A DNA stretch of 64,000 nt from Camelus ferus (lineage: Eukaryota): NCBI RefSeq assembly GCF_009834535.1, contig NC_045696.1, positions 73,596,001 through 73,660,000 on the forward strand, in the 5' to 3' direction. Every line of letters starts with the position of its first letter. Position 1 is the first letter of the stretch. This document shows positions 24,046-35,799 of this stretch, one piece after another. Under the pieces are notes generated by a model. It was not told the DNA's origin. It did not search any database and saw only the letters and a list, made by a program, of their open reading frames with translations. The translations under genes and the position numbers were made by a program.

Positions 24046-24179
24046 CTAAGGGAGAAAGGACAATACAGAAACTTAAGAAGAAAGTCATTTAGCCTTCATT
24101 ATTATAAAGATTATATCTCCCTTGGGGCAATAGACAAATTTGTAAAGACTGGATTCTCTAAGCTCAGGATTCCTCTACT

Positions 24180-24370
24180 ATAATGCAACCCACTATGCGT
24201 GATGGTGTAAGCTGACTACTGGTCATATCGCCCTGTGGGAACTGGGGCTTGGGGAACTGGCACAAGAAAATGATGATATTCTATTTGTTGCTATTTCTGT
24301 AAGTAATAAACCATTCTTTGTCTTCGACCCAGGACTTGCATGCCTTCTACCAGCATTTGTGGGCAACATA
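24180..24370 (+). mobile_element. ERVL LTR fragment (MER73/MER74/MER54 group)
   Basis: gggaactggggcttggggaactgg...aataaaccattctttgtcttcgacccagga..cttctaccagcat. Confidence 0.75.
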
Positions 24371-25674
24371 GACAAAGAAGCTGAGAAATCTAGCAGAAAA
24401 TAGCAACTAAGTGGGAGAAAAAAGTGAGGGTGAGCAGAGGTTTCTGCAGGCTCAAGGAGCCGGGGAGTCATAAATGAGGAGTTCAAAACTACAAAGGCAG
24501 TCAGAACTTAAGGGAATGAGGTCTCAGAGAGAAGGGACGCTCAAAAAAGTGAGCCCAATAATTTAAGTCATTTTTCTTCCCAAGGAATTCACAAATTAAT
24601 AAATCGCACAAGTCAAGAGGCAGACAAGCAGAAAAGAATATGATTTCAAAGAAGCTGAGAAGTTAAGAAGAGTTTTAAGTAATCTCACAGGACTGGGGAA
24701 ATAAAAACCTGAGTTCATGGTTTACCTAAGATAAAGAACCTTGGTAAGGATCCTAGATATTCAGCTGGGACTCCTATATAATGCCACCTTCAGCTTAAGG
24801 ATGAAGTAGAAATAACCTGACATTACAGAGGCTGAAACCCAAACTTAATAATCCTAATTAACATATTAATACTAGTACAGTCAAAGTGATCTGTTCCCAC
24901 TCTGAATATCTGCCAGAAGCTGAAGAAAATCCCCTCTGGAAATCATCCAGAAACTACGTTTTTAAATACCAAGAGTAAAAATCAAAATTTTAAAATACGT
25001 AATAGAAACAGACCCACAAATAATCCAGGTATTAAAATTATCAGACACAGACTTTTTAAAAAATTGTGGTTAATATGTTTGGGAAAACAAATGCCAAAAT
25101 GGAAAATTTTACTAGAGAACTGATATCTGTGTCAAATAATCAAATGTAATTTATAGAATTTAATAATAAAAGAAATAAAATTGCTAATGACATGAATGGG
25201 TTTATTAAAAGATTAGATATAGCTAAAGAGAAGATTTGTGATCTGAGAAATAAGTTAGTAAAAATATCCAGACTAAGAAGAAAATGGAAAATACAGAAAA
25301 GGCCTTAAGATACATACATATGGTGACAACATCTACTATATCTGTAACTGGAATACCAGAGAGGAGAGAAAGAGAATGGGGAAGAAGTCGTGTACAAAAA
25401 GATTACAATCAAGAATTTTCTAAAACTTAAAGATGTCAACTATGATTTCCAAGTAGGAAAAAATACAAAGAATAGCACACCTGGGAACATCATAGTAAAC
25501 CTCTGCAATTAAAAAACAAAGAGAAAATCTTATTTTTATTTCAGCAAGTGAAAACAGACATTATCTTCAAAGAAGCAACAGTAAAACTGACAACAGTCTT
25601 TCCTGCATAAACAATGGAAGTCACAAGACAACAGAATGACCACTGTTAAGTGTTGAAAGAAAAAAACTGCCAAC

Positions 25675-25706
25675 TGTTATGGACTAAATTGTGTCCCTGG
25701 TACCGC

Positions 25707-25737
<31 letters not shown>

Positions 25738-26044
25738 TGTTGAAGTCCTAAACCCCATTGTGACTGTATTTGGAGAAAAGGTCTTTATGGAGGTAATTAA
25801 GATTAAAGAAGTTGTAAGGGTGGGGCCCTAATCTAATAGGACTAGTGTCCAAATAAGCAAAAGAAGAGACACCAGAGAATTTTCTCTTTCCACACATGCA
25901 CACATAAATAATGCCACATAAGGACACAGAAGAAAGGCAACAATCTGCAAACCAGGAAGAAATTTCTTCACCAGAAACCAACCCTGGTGCACCTTGATCT
26001 TGGACTTCTGGCCTTTATAACTATGAGAAAATAGCTAACTAAGC
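25675..26044 (+). mobile_element. MLT1B-like MaLR LTR
   Basis: tgttatggactaaattgtgtccc...tatgttgaagtccta...ggaggtaattaag...ccttgatcttggacttctggcc. Confidence 0.85.
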
Positions 26045-26824
26045 ATCAGCCTAGAATTCACACCCAGCACAAATTTCCTTCAAAATGAAGGTGAAATAAG
26101 GCATTTCCAGACAGACAAAAATGACACAGTTCATCAGGAGAAGGAAGGCCCATACCAAAAGAATCACTAAACGGAGCTCTCCAGGAAAAAGAAATACTGT
26201 ATCTTCAGAAACACAGAAATGCAAAGAGAACTAAGGAACAACAGGAAAATGTGGGAAATTTTAACATACTGACTGTAGGAAACAAAGTAACACTGTCTTA
26301 TGGGGCCCAAAATATGTGGAGAATAAAAATACATGAAAACAGTAACAGAAAAGGTAGAATTAGAATGAATGGGGTTATAGTATCATAGTAGTGATAAAAA
26401 CCATAATTGACATCAAATGTGTTCATGTCTAGAGTAACCAGGGGGAAAATAGCAAAATATTTATAACTAAGAAGTAATTACGAGGAAGAATGCAATAATA
26501 AAAAGACACTTGATGACTCTAAATAAAGGCAAGAAAAGAGAGGAAAGCAAACTTTGGCAGACATACCATTCCATAAAGCCATCTCAATACACTTTTAAGA
26601 AGAGAAATCATATAATTATGTTCTCTTGGCCATACTGAAATGAAGCAAAAAAAGTCAACTACCAAAAAAACTACTAGAAAATCCCCAAATGTTGGGTAGT
26701 TAAGGACACCCTCAGACAAATAAATCATGGGTTAAATAAATTTCAAGGGAAATTAGAAAATAATTTAACTGAAATATTTTATATAAACTAAGCACATAAA
26801 AAAGTGAGAATAATTAACTCAAGT

Positions 26825-27035
26825 AACTGTCAGTAAATTTTTTTATACAGGGCCAGAGAGTAAGTGTTTTAAGCTCCGCAGACCATGTACTCTGCCACAA
26901 CTGCTCAGTTCTACTGTTACACCACAACAGCTGCTGCAGAAGGCATGTACATAAGTGAGTATGGCTATGCGAAAATAAAATTTTATTTTAAAAAAAGGCT
27001 GGCAGGCTGGATTTGGCCTACTTTGCTGGTCCCTA
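26825..27035 (+). mobile_element. MER58A
   Basis: agggccagagagtaagt...gccacaactgctcagttct...gcaggctggatttggcc. Confidence 0.85.
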
Positions 27036-27459
27036 AACTAGAATAAAAACTAAAATTTGAATGAGAGAAGAATTAGAGTATACTACTTGGCTTAGCAGTG
27101 AACCATATTCATATGGTCTTAATATTATAAACTCTAACTGCTGACTTAAGAAAAATGTGGCATAATTATACAGGGAGTGAAGGCGCAAACTCCCAACTAT
27201 CAAGCAGAAAATAAGTAGACTGCCTAATTTATAAATCAAGAGACTGAAATATAAGAAAATTTAAGAAATACTTCAAGCATTTAAAGTGACTGGCCCTGGC
27301 CAGTGATCCTGTAAAGAGAGATGAGGAAAGAGAAAGCCATAGTCTTCTGTTGTAAGAACATTAGTATCACCATTTGATTTTTAACTACATATATGTATTA
27401 CTTAAAATAAAAATAATTCTACATTATATAAATATGAGAGAAAGAGAAAGGAGAGATCA

Positions 27460-27610
27460 CTACATTAAGAGCCTTCAAATGAATCAGGGCTCCTTGTGCC
27501 CACACTCCTTTGCACTGTGACCTTTTCTTTCATCAAGAGGTGAAGTCTATTTCCGTCCCCTTTTAATCTGGGTTGGTTTCATGCCTTGCTTTAATCAATA
27601 GAATATTGGG
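27460..27610 (+). mobile_element. MLT1E/F-like LTR fragment
   Basis: ctttgcactgtgac..catcaagaggtgaagtctatttcc..aatctggg..cttgctttaatcaataga. Confidence 0.7.
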
Positions 27611-28099
27611 GTGTCATGACAGAAGGCACACAGCAATTACTGGTCTAACTGAAATCCAACCAAACACATGTTTTCATGTACTCTTGCTCTGAGGGCAGGG
27701 AATTTTCTTTGATTACACCGGCTCTACAGTCTGGAAGTTGTTCCATTATCCACTATTTTCCTTCCTTGGTTCCACCTTCTAGGCTCTTGGATTCACCTCC
27801 TAAATCCATCCTTCCCTTTCCATTAGAAATAACCCATGTTTGAAACAACCCAGTTTTCTTAGAAAAAAAAGAAAAAGATACATGCACAATCACTGACCCA
27901 GTATTCCTAACAGAATGTACCAGACAGACAAATGTGAGGTGATATCTTATTGGTACGTGGAGACATCCTGTCATTGACTAGAGTCAGGCAGAAAACACAA
28001 AGTGTTAAAGGAGATCATTATACCTACCCACGGGATGGTGGAACTAAGCCTAGAGCAGAAATCAACAGCCTTAGATCCATAGTTCACTCTGCCACTGTG

Positions 28100-28400
28100 C
28101 AAGTCCTAACACTACTGCTAGCCTCAGTTTCTCTTGGTTTCTGTGACATTTCTGTTTCTTTTCAACTATTCCTTCTTAGTCTCCTTTGCATTTTGTTCCC
28201 TCTGTTTGTCCTTTAAATGTAACTGTCCTTTAGAGTCCTGTCCTCAGTCACTCTTTGAACTACACATACTAAACCTGGCTCACCTCATCAGAGTCCCATG
28301 CTTGAATGACCATCTATTTGCAAAAGTCTCCCAAATCCGGATCTTCACCAGTGCCCTCAGCTACACTCTAATGTACAAGACCACTGGACTGTGCAGGTGA
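28100..28400 (+). mobile_element. L2 fragment
   Basis: tctcttggtttctgtgaca...ctcccaaatc... Confidence 0.55.
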
Positions 28401-30113
28401 TCCTAGTCTTAGAGAGGTAACAGACATCTTGCAGCCTTCCCTCATCATCATCCTACTGCCCATCAGTTAAGGTGGAGTGCTTTTAACTTTTCATTATTCC
28501 TTTCGCGAATATTTACTTTAGAAAGCTGATAAAGCCAGATCATCAGCAATAGAAAAATGGTTAAGTAAATTATGACATCTGTAATTAGCAGATAATTACA
28601 CAGCCATATAAAATGGTAGTGTTGAAAACCAATAAGAAATATGGGAAAATAGAGTATTTTGTCACAAAAGACAAAACTAAATTTTATCTATATTATGATT
28701 ATAATTATGTGAAACAGTCAAATGTATTTGGACTAGGACTGGGAGTATGAAAAATGGCAGTTTTTTGTTGTTTGGAATTCTGGATGTTTTTTCCAATTAA
28801 GAGAGCTCCATTAATGCTATTATTATATCATTTATGCAAATACATAGTTGACATATGATGATCTTAATTTGTATGGTTATTCTATTCTTCATAACAAGTT
28901 TGTGGAACTAAATAATAATATAACAGCTGCTTGTTGATTCTGTAAACAATGAGATGCTATGAAGCAATCCAGGCTGTTCCCATGAAATATGCTATATCAA
29001 TATACTGTGAAAATAACAACCACATATATCTGCCCAGATCTTAGGACACTTGCCCAGAAGTAGCACCATCTTTTGTATTAGTATATCATTATGCTTAACA
29101 AATAAATGGGATTATTATAATTACTTTGGAAATGGGGAAACTGAGAAACAGAAAGGCTTTGGGACTTACTCAAAGGCAAACCATAAATCAGAATGAATTT
29201 ACAAGTCATTGATACTTACTTGACTAACAACATAAATATATTTCAGATTTCTATACGAACTATTCTCCGCTTTTAATACCCAGCATAATTTGCCTAAGTA
29301 AAGGGAACATTATTATCTTGATTCATTGATTTCATATCTTACAATATGCTCCTTATTTTTATTCGCTTATGAAATTTCTTAAACTCTCAGGTACTCATTT
29401 ATACATGATGAATGACTTTCAAAGACAACATTGTAAATAGAATCTTTGATTTCAGGTGCTCAGTTTACACGTAAAATAACAAAATTGAAATTGAAGTGCA
29501 GTTATACAGATCTTCACCTGTTTTCCTACTCAGTAGAATAATGATCCCTTTGGCAAGCTAATTCTGATATTGTTATGACTGCAAGTTACTGTGCTTTATA
29601 AAATGACCCCCAAAAAAGTAAATAACTAATAAGAATCCGTTCAACAGACAATACAATCCTAAGCCAAAGTTCTTTTGCATTCCTTGGTCTATTGATTTTG
29701 GATTTCAGAGAAATGAAAACCAAAGCAAGGTTACTGCTAATCTACCTTATAAGCAGCACCCTGTCACTTAAAAACAACATTATTCTGACTACAATTCAGT
29801 CCATTCTCACCTTGTCACTTAATGTATGCTAAAGAATTCAACCACAAGATTTCCTCTGTATTCACAAGTCACATGAGTCCTGAAAATCAGAAAGTGATAG
29901 TTTCTTTGACCATTTCTTGAACCCTAAACAAGTAAAGACTTAAGAATGAGAGATGTTATTCTCTTTTGCATTAAATTGACAGTTTTACTCTTGGGTCAAT
30001 AAACTTACAACTCCCCTTTTTTTCCCCTTAAGGGCCTAAATCTTGAGAAATTCTGCAGAGGGGCATATTTTTTATCTTAAAGTGTTTGGGAATGTTTGGA
30101 AATACCATCTACC

Positions 30114-30245
30114 AATAGTCTTCTGAATAATCTGCAAATTCCAGTCCCCTCTTGATCAAAGATACAATAATGAATCCTGAATGGTCTTCTGAATAATCTG
30201 CAAATTCCAGTCCCCTCTTGATCAAAGATACAATAATGAATCCTG
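30114..30245. repeat. 66-bp tandem duplication
   Basis: 30114-30179 and 30180-30245 differ at one base. Confidence 0.97.
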
Positions 30246-30304
30246 TTTTACTCCTCTCTAATGTGGCACTACAGGTGAATTTCATTTTACCCTCTAGATA
30301 AGAA

Positions 30305-30775
30305 GCACAACTGGCAACTTTCAGGCTGTATTCAGGCCACCAACCTGTTTTGGTTTGCCCACACAAAGATTTTAAGAATTAAGCCAACAGGAGGAAGGGT
30401 ATATAGCTCAAGTGGTAGAGCACATGCTCAACATGCAAGAGATTCCGGGTTCAGTCCCCAGTACCTCCTCTAAGCAGAAATCAATGAAGAAACCTAATTA
30501 CCTTCCCTTCAGAAAAAAGAATTAAGCCAACATACAGGAATCACTTAAATTCATATAAAAGTCCAGACAGTCCAAATACCTAGTTTCTCTTGAAAGATTG
30601 GAAACTTTGGCCTGTAACACCGGGCCTACATTCCTACAATGATAATAATTCAGCTGATAACCAAATCCCGAATCCTATTGTGTCCCTGACACCAAGATCA
30701 TTATTATTCCCAGCATACTTCACATAATTATGCTATCTGCCTGGTTTCTGTAGGCATTTAAGTTTCCTTACCTCT
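30305..30775 (+). mobile_element. MER102-like hAT-Charlie, interrupted by a SINE
   Basis: tgttttggtttgcccacaca...tttctcttgaaagattggaa..gggcctacattcc...ctgtaggcatttaagttt. Confidence 0.75.
30390..30516 (+). mobile_element. Camelid tRNA-derived SINE (Vic-1 type)
   Basis: gggtatatagctcaagtggtagag (A box), gggttcagtcccc (B box), cagtacctcc..aaacctaattacc tail. Perfect TSD aagaattaagccaaca at 30374-30389 and 30517-30532. Confidence 0.9.
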
Positions 30776-30967
30776 TCTGAGAAAACGTTTTCTATTTTAT
30801 TTCATTAGCATATTATTACACATACACTGAATGAAAGTAGGGAGTAGTAAGGAATAGGTTACAAATTTCTGAGCTCAGGGAACTTAAACTCTAGCAGCAA
30901 TGACTGAAATTCAGTCAGAGTGATAATGCAAGGAGTTTAGCATTGGATCACATATAATGGTCTAAAG

Positions 30968-31305
30968 CAGGGATGTCCAATAGAATTATCATGTGAGCCA
31001 CATATTTTATCTTAAATTTTCCAGTAGCCACACTGAAAGTTTTTCTTAGTGAAATTCATTACATGTTTTATAAAAACAACATAACCAAAATCTTATCATT
31101 TCAACATAGAATCAATGTAAAAAATTACTAATGAAATATTTATAACCCTCTTCTTGGTACTAATAAGTCTTTGAATCCAGTATGTCATTTATATTTAATA
31201 GCACATCTCAACTTGAACTAGCCACATATCAAAAAAATGTGGACTAGCCACCTTTCAAGTGCTCAAGAATCACATGTGGCTAGTGGTTATTGTACTGGAA
31301 TTAGG
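30968..31305 (+). mobile_element. MER33 hAT-Charlie
   Basis: tgtccaatagaa..gtgagccacat..tagcacatctcaa..tttcaagtgctcaa..cacatgtggctagtgg. Confidence 0.85.
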
Positions 31306-31319
31306 AGCTCAGAGAGCAG

Positions 31320-31900
31320 AACTCATTTCAATGAAGAAATCAAGGAAGACTTCATGGTAAAAGCACCACTGGAAAATAAATAAAATGCTGATGAGTGGAG
31401 ATGGAAAGCTTTTTATAATGGTGGCAAAGCAGAACAAAACCAAATAAAGTGGCATATCTACTTGGGGAATTAGAGGAGCTCAGATAGCAGGAGACATAAG
31501 ACAAGGGGAAAGCAGAAGGTTAAGATGGAAAGGGATGTTTGATCAAGCTAACCAAGGCACTGACTGCTCTCCTAAGGAAGTAAGATTTTATTCTCTCGGT
31601 TATAGGAGCCACCAAGACAATTTGAGCAGGAAAGTGGTTTCTCAGACATTTCTTTTAGGATGGAGAATATATAATACTGGACTAAAGTAACTCAAACCAA
31701 ATTAGTCAGGTTTGAATTCATGCATATAGGGTTAGAATATAAAGATGGAAGCTCCAGAAGGCTGACATCAGTTCAATACAAAAAATAATTTTCTAAACTG
31801 TCAGCATTGCCCAAAGAACTATGTGCTAGTCTAGGAAGTTGGAAATCCAACTCTGGGGATGTAGAAGCTGATGCTAGATAATGACTCTTCAGGAATCAGG
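31320..31900. mobile_element. L2 (minus) fragment followed by L3/CR1 3' fragment
   Basis: tttgagcaggaaagtg (L2); ggaagctccagaaggc..agttcaatacaaaaaataattttctaa (L3). Confidence 0.55.
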
Positions 31901-33658
31901 CAAAGTAGAGAAGCTCTTTTGTGCCCTGCAATACACAGACAGCACCCCTACGCTCAATTCCCTTTGAGCCAGCTGTATAACTTCATGCCCTTCTCTCCCA
32001 CTCAAGATGGCATATTGGAATGCAAGGGAGAGAGAGAGTGCTATTATTACTGAGATAACCTTCAGTCTGTTCTCATTTATTTTTTAAAAGAAAATAAATC
32101 ACTCACAACCATTGTTATTTTATTAGATGAAGGACATTTTATTCTCTTGGCAGCTGGCATGAGAATTCCTCTTAGTGAGAGAACTGCCTTTGTTGGGAAA
32201 ATGCTTTAGTAGCCCCACTTGCGGTAGCCAAGTGCTGCAGGGCAGGAATATCACCTGAGGCCAAGGAGTCAGAGGAGAGAGCGAAACTACATGGCATCAG
32301 ACAGACAGAGCAATTTATTTGCTTTTTAGAGGGAAAGGGTGAAAAAAAAGAAAGTCAGGGCAGGGAGGGAAGTGAGAAAGCTAGTGAAATTGCTGGGAGA
32401 CTAATGTCCTCAGATATTCAATCATTACAAACTCAGGAAATGCTTAGTGTCAGTGGAATTGGGGCAGTAAACTAGAGGAGGCACTGAATTTTATATCCTG
32501 GTGGACAAAAACAAAACAGAATACATCTGCAGATGCAAAATGCTAAACTAGAGGAAATCTCAAGAAAAGAAGCCTGTAGAAATGTAAAGAAATTATGGGA
32601 ACCACTGTGGACTGGAGTTCAAGTCACAATAACTCAGAGTCCCAGGGGCAGGGAGACACCACTGATCACCTCAGTAGCACTGCATTTGTCCACAGTGCTC
32701 ATAGGAGAGCTCACATCTATATTCAGACGCAGGGACATCCCATGGCCATGACTGACAGCAGCCGTTAGGAAGGGTCAGCCCCACACCGCAGACTGGCGAA
32801 GACCACCTTATGAATCCTCTCCTCCCTGATTTGGTATGACAATAACTGTTTTAAGTAGCCTTCAAATGTTCTAAACCACATCAGTTTTATTTAGTCTGGG
32901 CTCTTCCAAGTGAAATCTGGCAACAGGGTGTGCCAGAGAGACCTCAGGGTTGCAGAAAATAACACCACACCTCCGGTAGTGCCCATTTCATTTGATGGTA
33001 AATGCTCGAACACTTAGTCATTTTTAAATAAGCACGAATAGATTGTTTAATTATTATTAGATTATTGTTTATTATTATTACATTATTAAAATAACCACTT
33101 AATTTTAAGATAAAACCTGGAGACGTCAAGGCATGGCATACCTCAATCATCCCACACTCCATTCACCAGATTGCAGGCATGTGCGTCACTGTCCACTGCT
33201 GCAGGGAGACTTCAGTGGGCCAGTTTGTGAAGATGGTCTAAACCACACCAAATGTTTGCTCAAACAGAGCCCTGAAGATCGACTGTCCCGTCACAGCTAT
33301 CTGCAAGTTGTCTTTGATTTTATGCCAGTTTCCAAGCAGCCTTGGGGACCCATCTGGTAAGCAGCATAAATCAGCATCATCATCGTCATCACATGGCATG
33401 TACAGGCTTACACAAATTTAGACATCTGTCTATAAGCATTATGTAGAACTAGATAAATGTAGATGGTACCTGCTGTCTCGAGCTCCCTGCCAGGTGCTAC
33501 AACCTAGCTGTGGACTCACATTTAGTAGAACCATACAAATATAGGCCACTGAACCTCAGGTACATCAAAATGAGTAAAGCAAAATTACAAGTAGACAGCA
33601 GTTGTACTGTTGATTGTGTGACCTTTCACTGGAATGATGACTGAGAAGAAAATAAGTC

Positions 33659-33900
33659 TAGCACAGTGACCAAAAGCAAGAGCCCTGCAACCAGACCCTA
33701 TGAGGATGAATCCTGGCTCTGCCACTTCTTAGCACTCTGACCTGCAGCAAGTTATCTAAGGACTCTGGTTCTCAGTTTCCTATCATGTGAAATGGAGAAA
33801 CTAATCATTCTTGCTCCATGGTGTTTTGAAAAGTTAAATGAGATAACAGCTGTAAAGCACTTATGCAAGTACCTGACACAGAGTTAATGTTCAATAAGTG
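33659..33900 (+). mobile_element. MIR SINE
   Basis: gaatcctggctctgccactt..ctcagtttcc..tgtaaagcactt. Confidence 0.9.
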
Positions 33901-33901
<1 letters not shown>

Positions 33902-33950
<49 letters not shown>

Positions 33951-33992
33951 TCTCCCCCTCCCCTTCCCCCTCTCCACCCCTCCCTCTCTCTC
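33902..33992. repeat. (CT)n / pyrimidine tract
   Basis: About 23 CT units followed by CT-rich sequence. Confidence 0.95.
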
Positions 33993-34093
33993 AAACCTCC
34001 CCTCTAATTGAAATGGCTGGACAATACACATTTGTGTGTTCCAGGCACTGTGTTCTATCTGAAGACAACCCACACAAATCAAAATGTTCTCTT

Positions 34094-34308
34094 GGGAGTT
34101 CAAGATTTGTAGATGCTGACAGGTATATATAGAATAAACAAGTTTATACTGTATAGCACAGGGAAATATATTCAACATTTTGTAGTAGCTCATAATGAAA
34201 AAGAAATGAAAATGAATATATTTATATTCATGTATGATTGAAAAATTGTGCTGTACACCAGAAATTGACACAACATTGTAAACTGACTGTAACTCAATTT
34301 AAAAAAAA
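34094..34308 (+). mobile_element. Short 5'-truncated young L1 3' end
   Basis: tatactgtatagcacagggaaatata..ttgacacaacattgtaaa; same 3'UTR type as the 14.4-17.5 kb element; TSD aaaa(t)gttctc. Confidence 0.9.
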
Positions 34309-35799
34309 GTTCTCAGACTAATCTAGGTTGCTCTCTAATACAAGGCAGGCTGTAACAAGCTGTAACAAGGTTGTAACAAGCACTACAATATAGCTAATAA
34401 AATACTCAGAGAGAGCAAGGACTGGTCTTATTCATCCTTGGTTCCTCAGTGTATTACCCAGCGTATATCACAAAAGCAATGCTCAATAAATTATTGGACA
34501 AGAAACAAATAATTTACAGGCAAAGGTGGGCAGAACTAGGGAATGCTTTGGAGAAACGCTTGTTAATGCAAATCAGATGAAATTTCAAGAGAATCTGAAA
34601 GGAGAACAGAGGATGTAAGCCAAGGAGGAAACAAAGGAATTAGGGAAATGGGGAGAAGGCAGGGGAAGGACAGGTAGGCTAGTCACACACACTATGGCCC
34701 TGATGTCAAAAGAATTTCAAAATATGGGAAAAATAATTATTGTCAACTTTGTTGTTAACCAACAGTGAAAGTGAAAACCCCCTGTTAAGCTCCAGGTTCA
34801 GAAGACACTCTATGGGGAAGAGAAAGAGCCGCAGACTTACAAGGTCTGGACTTAGTGATGAGGACAGAAAACACGCTGATCAAAGGAACTCTCTCACTCA
34901 AGGCTCCAGCCCACCTGAACTACCTGGAATGCTCTCAAGGTTCCATACCTCCACTTGCCTTAGGACCTTGCAATGAACATATCTTTTCCTTTTCCAGATT
35001 CTACAAATCGTCTATCCCACCCTCCCCTACACACCCCCGCCCCTGCCTAACTCCTATTTATCATAAAGGACTCAGTTCACATGCAAGACTGTCTGGAAAT
35101 CCTTCCTTGTCTCACCACCAAAAACTGGGGTAAGGACCCCCTCACTCATATTTCTATAACAAGCCACACTCGCCCCCACATTGTGTGAGCAGTTGCCTAT
35201 TTATTTGGGTAGCTTCCCACATCACACTGCAATCTCCTCAAGGCAGGCATTATGTCTTATTTATTGTTAAGTGCTTGATAAATTAACAACTAGGAAGCAA
35301 GTTGAACTTTCCCCAACTTAAAAGTACACAGACTGAAACGATACCATATAAACCATTTGAGCGAACTTTTTAACCCACCACTGGCTGATGCCATTTAAAA
35401 ATCAATGAACAATGTATCATTTAATCAGTGACACACTATCAGCTCAAATACAGCTTTCATTAGAGCATGGGTTAAAAGCCCTAATGTGCCTCATCTTCCC
35501 CTTTCATATAAAGAAGACCAATGGGATCCCAATTCCTGCCCCTCAAGGAAGTTTACAGACACAGTTTCCTTTCATTCTTAGAAAAAGCAATTGATTTTTC
35601 ACCTATCAGGATGCTGGAAAGAGGGAAGTTTAATTAAATACACTGTTAGGATATGAGGAAACAGGCAGCCTAATACACAATTGGTATAAAGGTAAATAAT
35701 TATCAAAATGCACATACATTTGCACACCTTATAAATTTATCAAGAGGATATACTCCATGCATGTAAAATATGGTGTATAAGATTGCTCACTATCAGATT

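Larger units (their letters stand above)
24380..27420 (+). mobile_element. Old L1 5'/ORF1 region and fragments (L1M/L1ME/HAL1-type), interrupted
   Basis: aattatcagacacagac, agattagatatagctaaagagaagattt, ctgccaac..ctagaattc. Confidence 0.75.

Noticed and set aside
30395..30470. tRNA-like sequence
   Set aside because: It is the head of a SINE with a tail and TSD, and the cloverleaf is degenerate.
33133..33360. ORF containing LQVVFDF, resembling a UBX-domain motif
   Set aside because: Only a 7-residue resemblance; the surrounding sequence does not fit.
34349..34380. Triple tgtaacaag repeat (and similar micro-duplications near 39640 and 60531)
   Set aside because: Ordinary slippage duplications; no spacer structure and not CRISPR-like.
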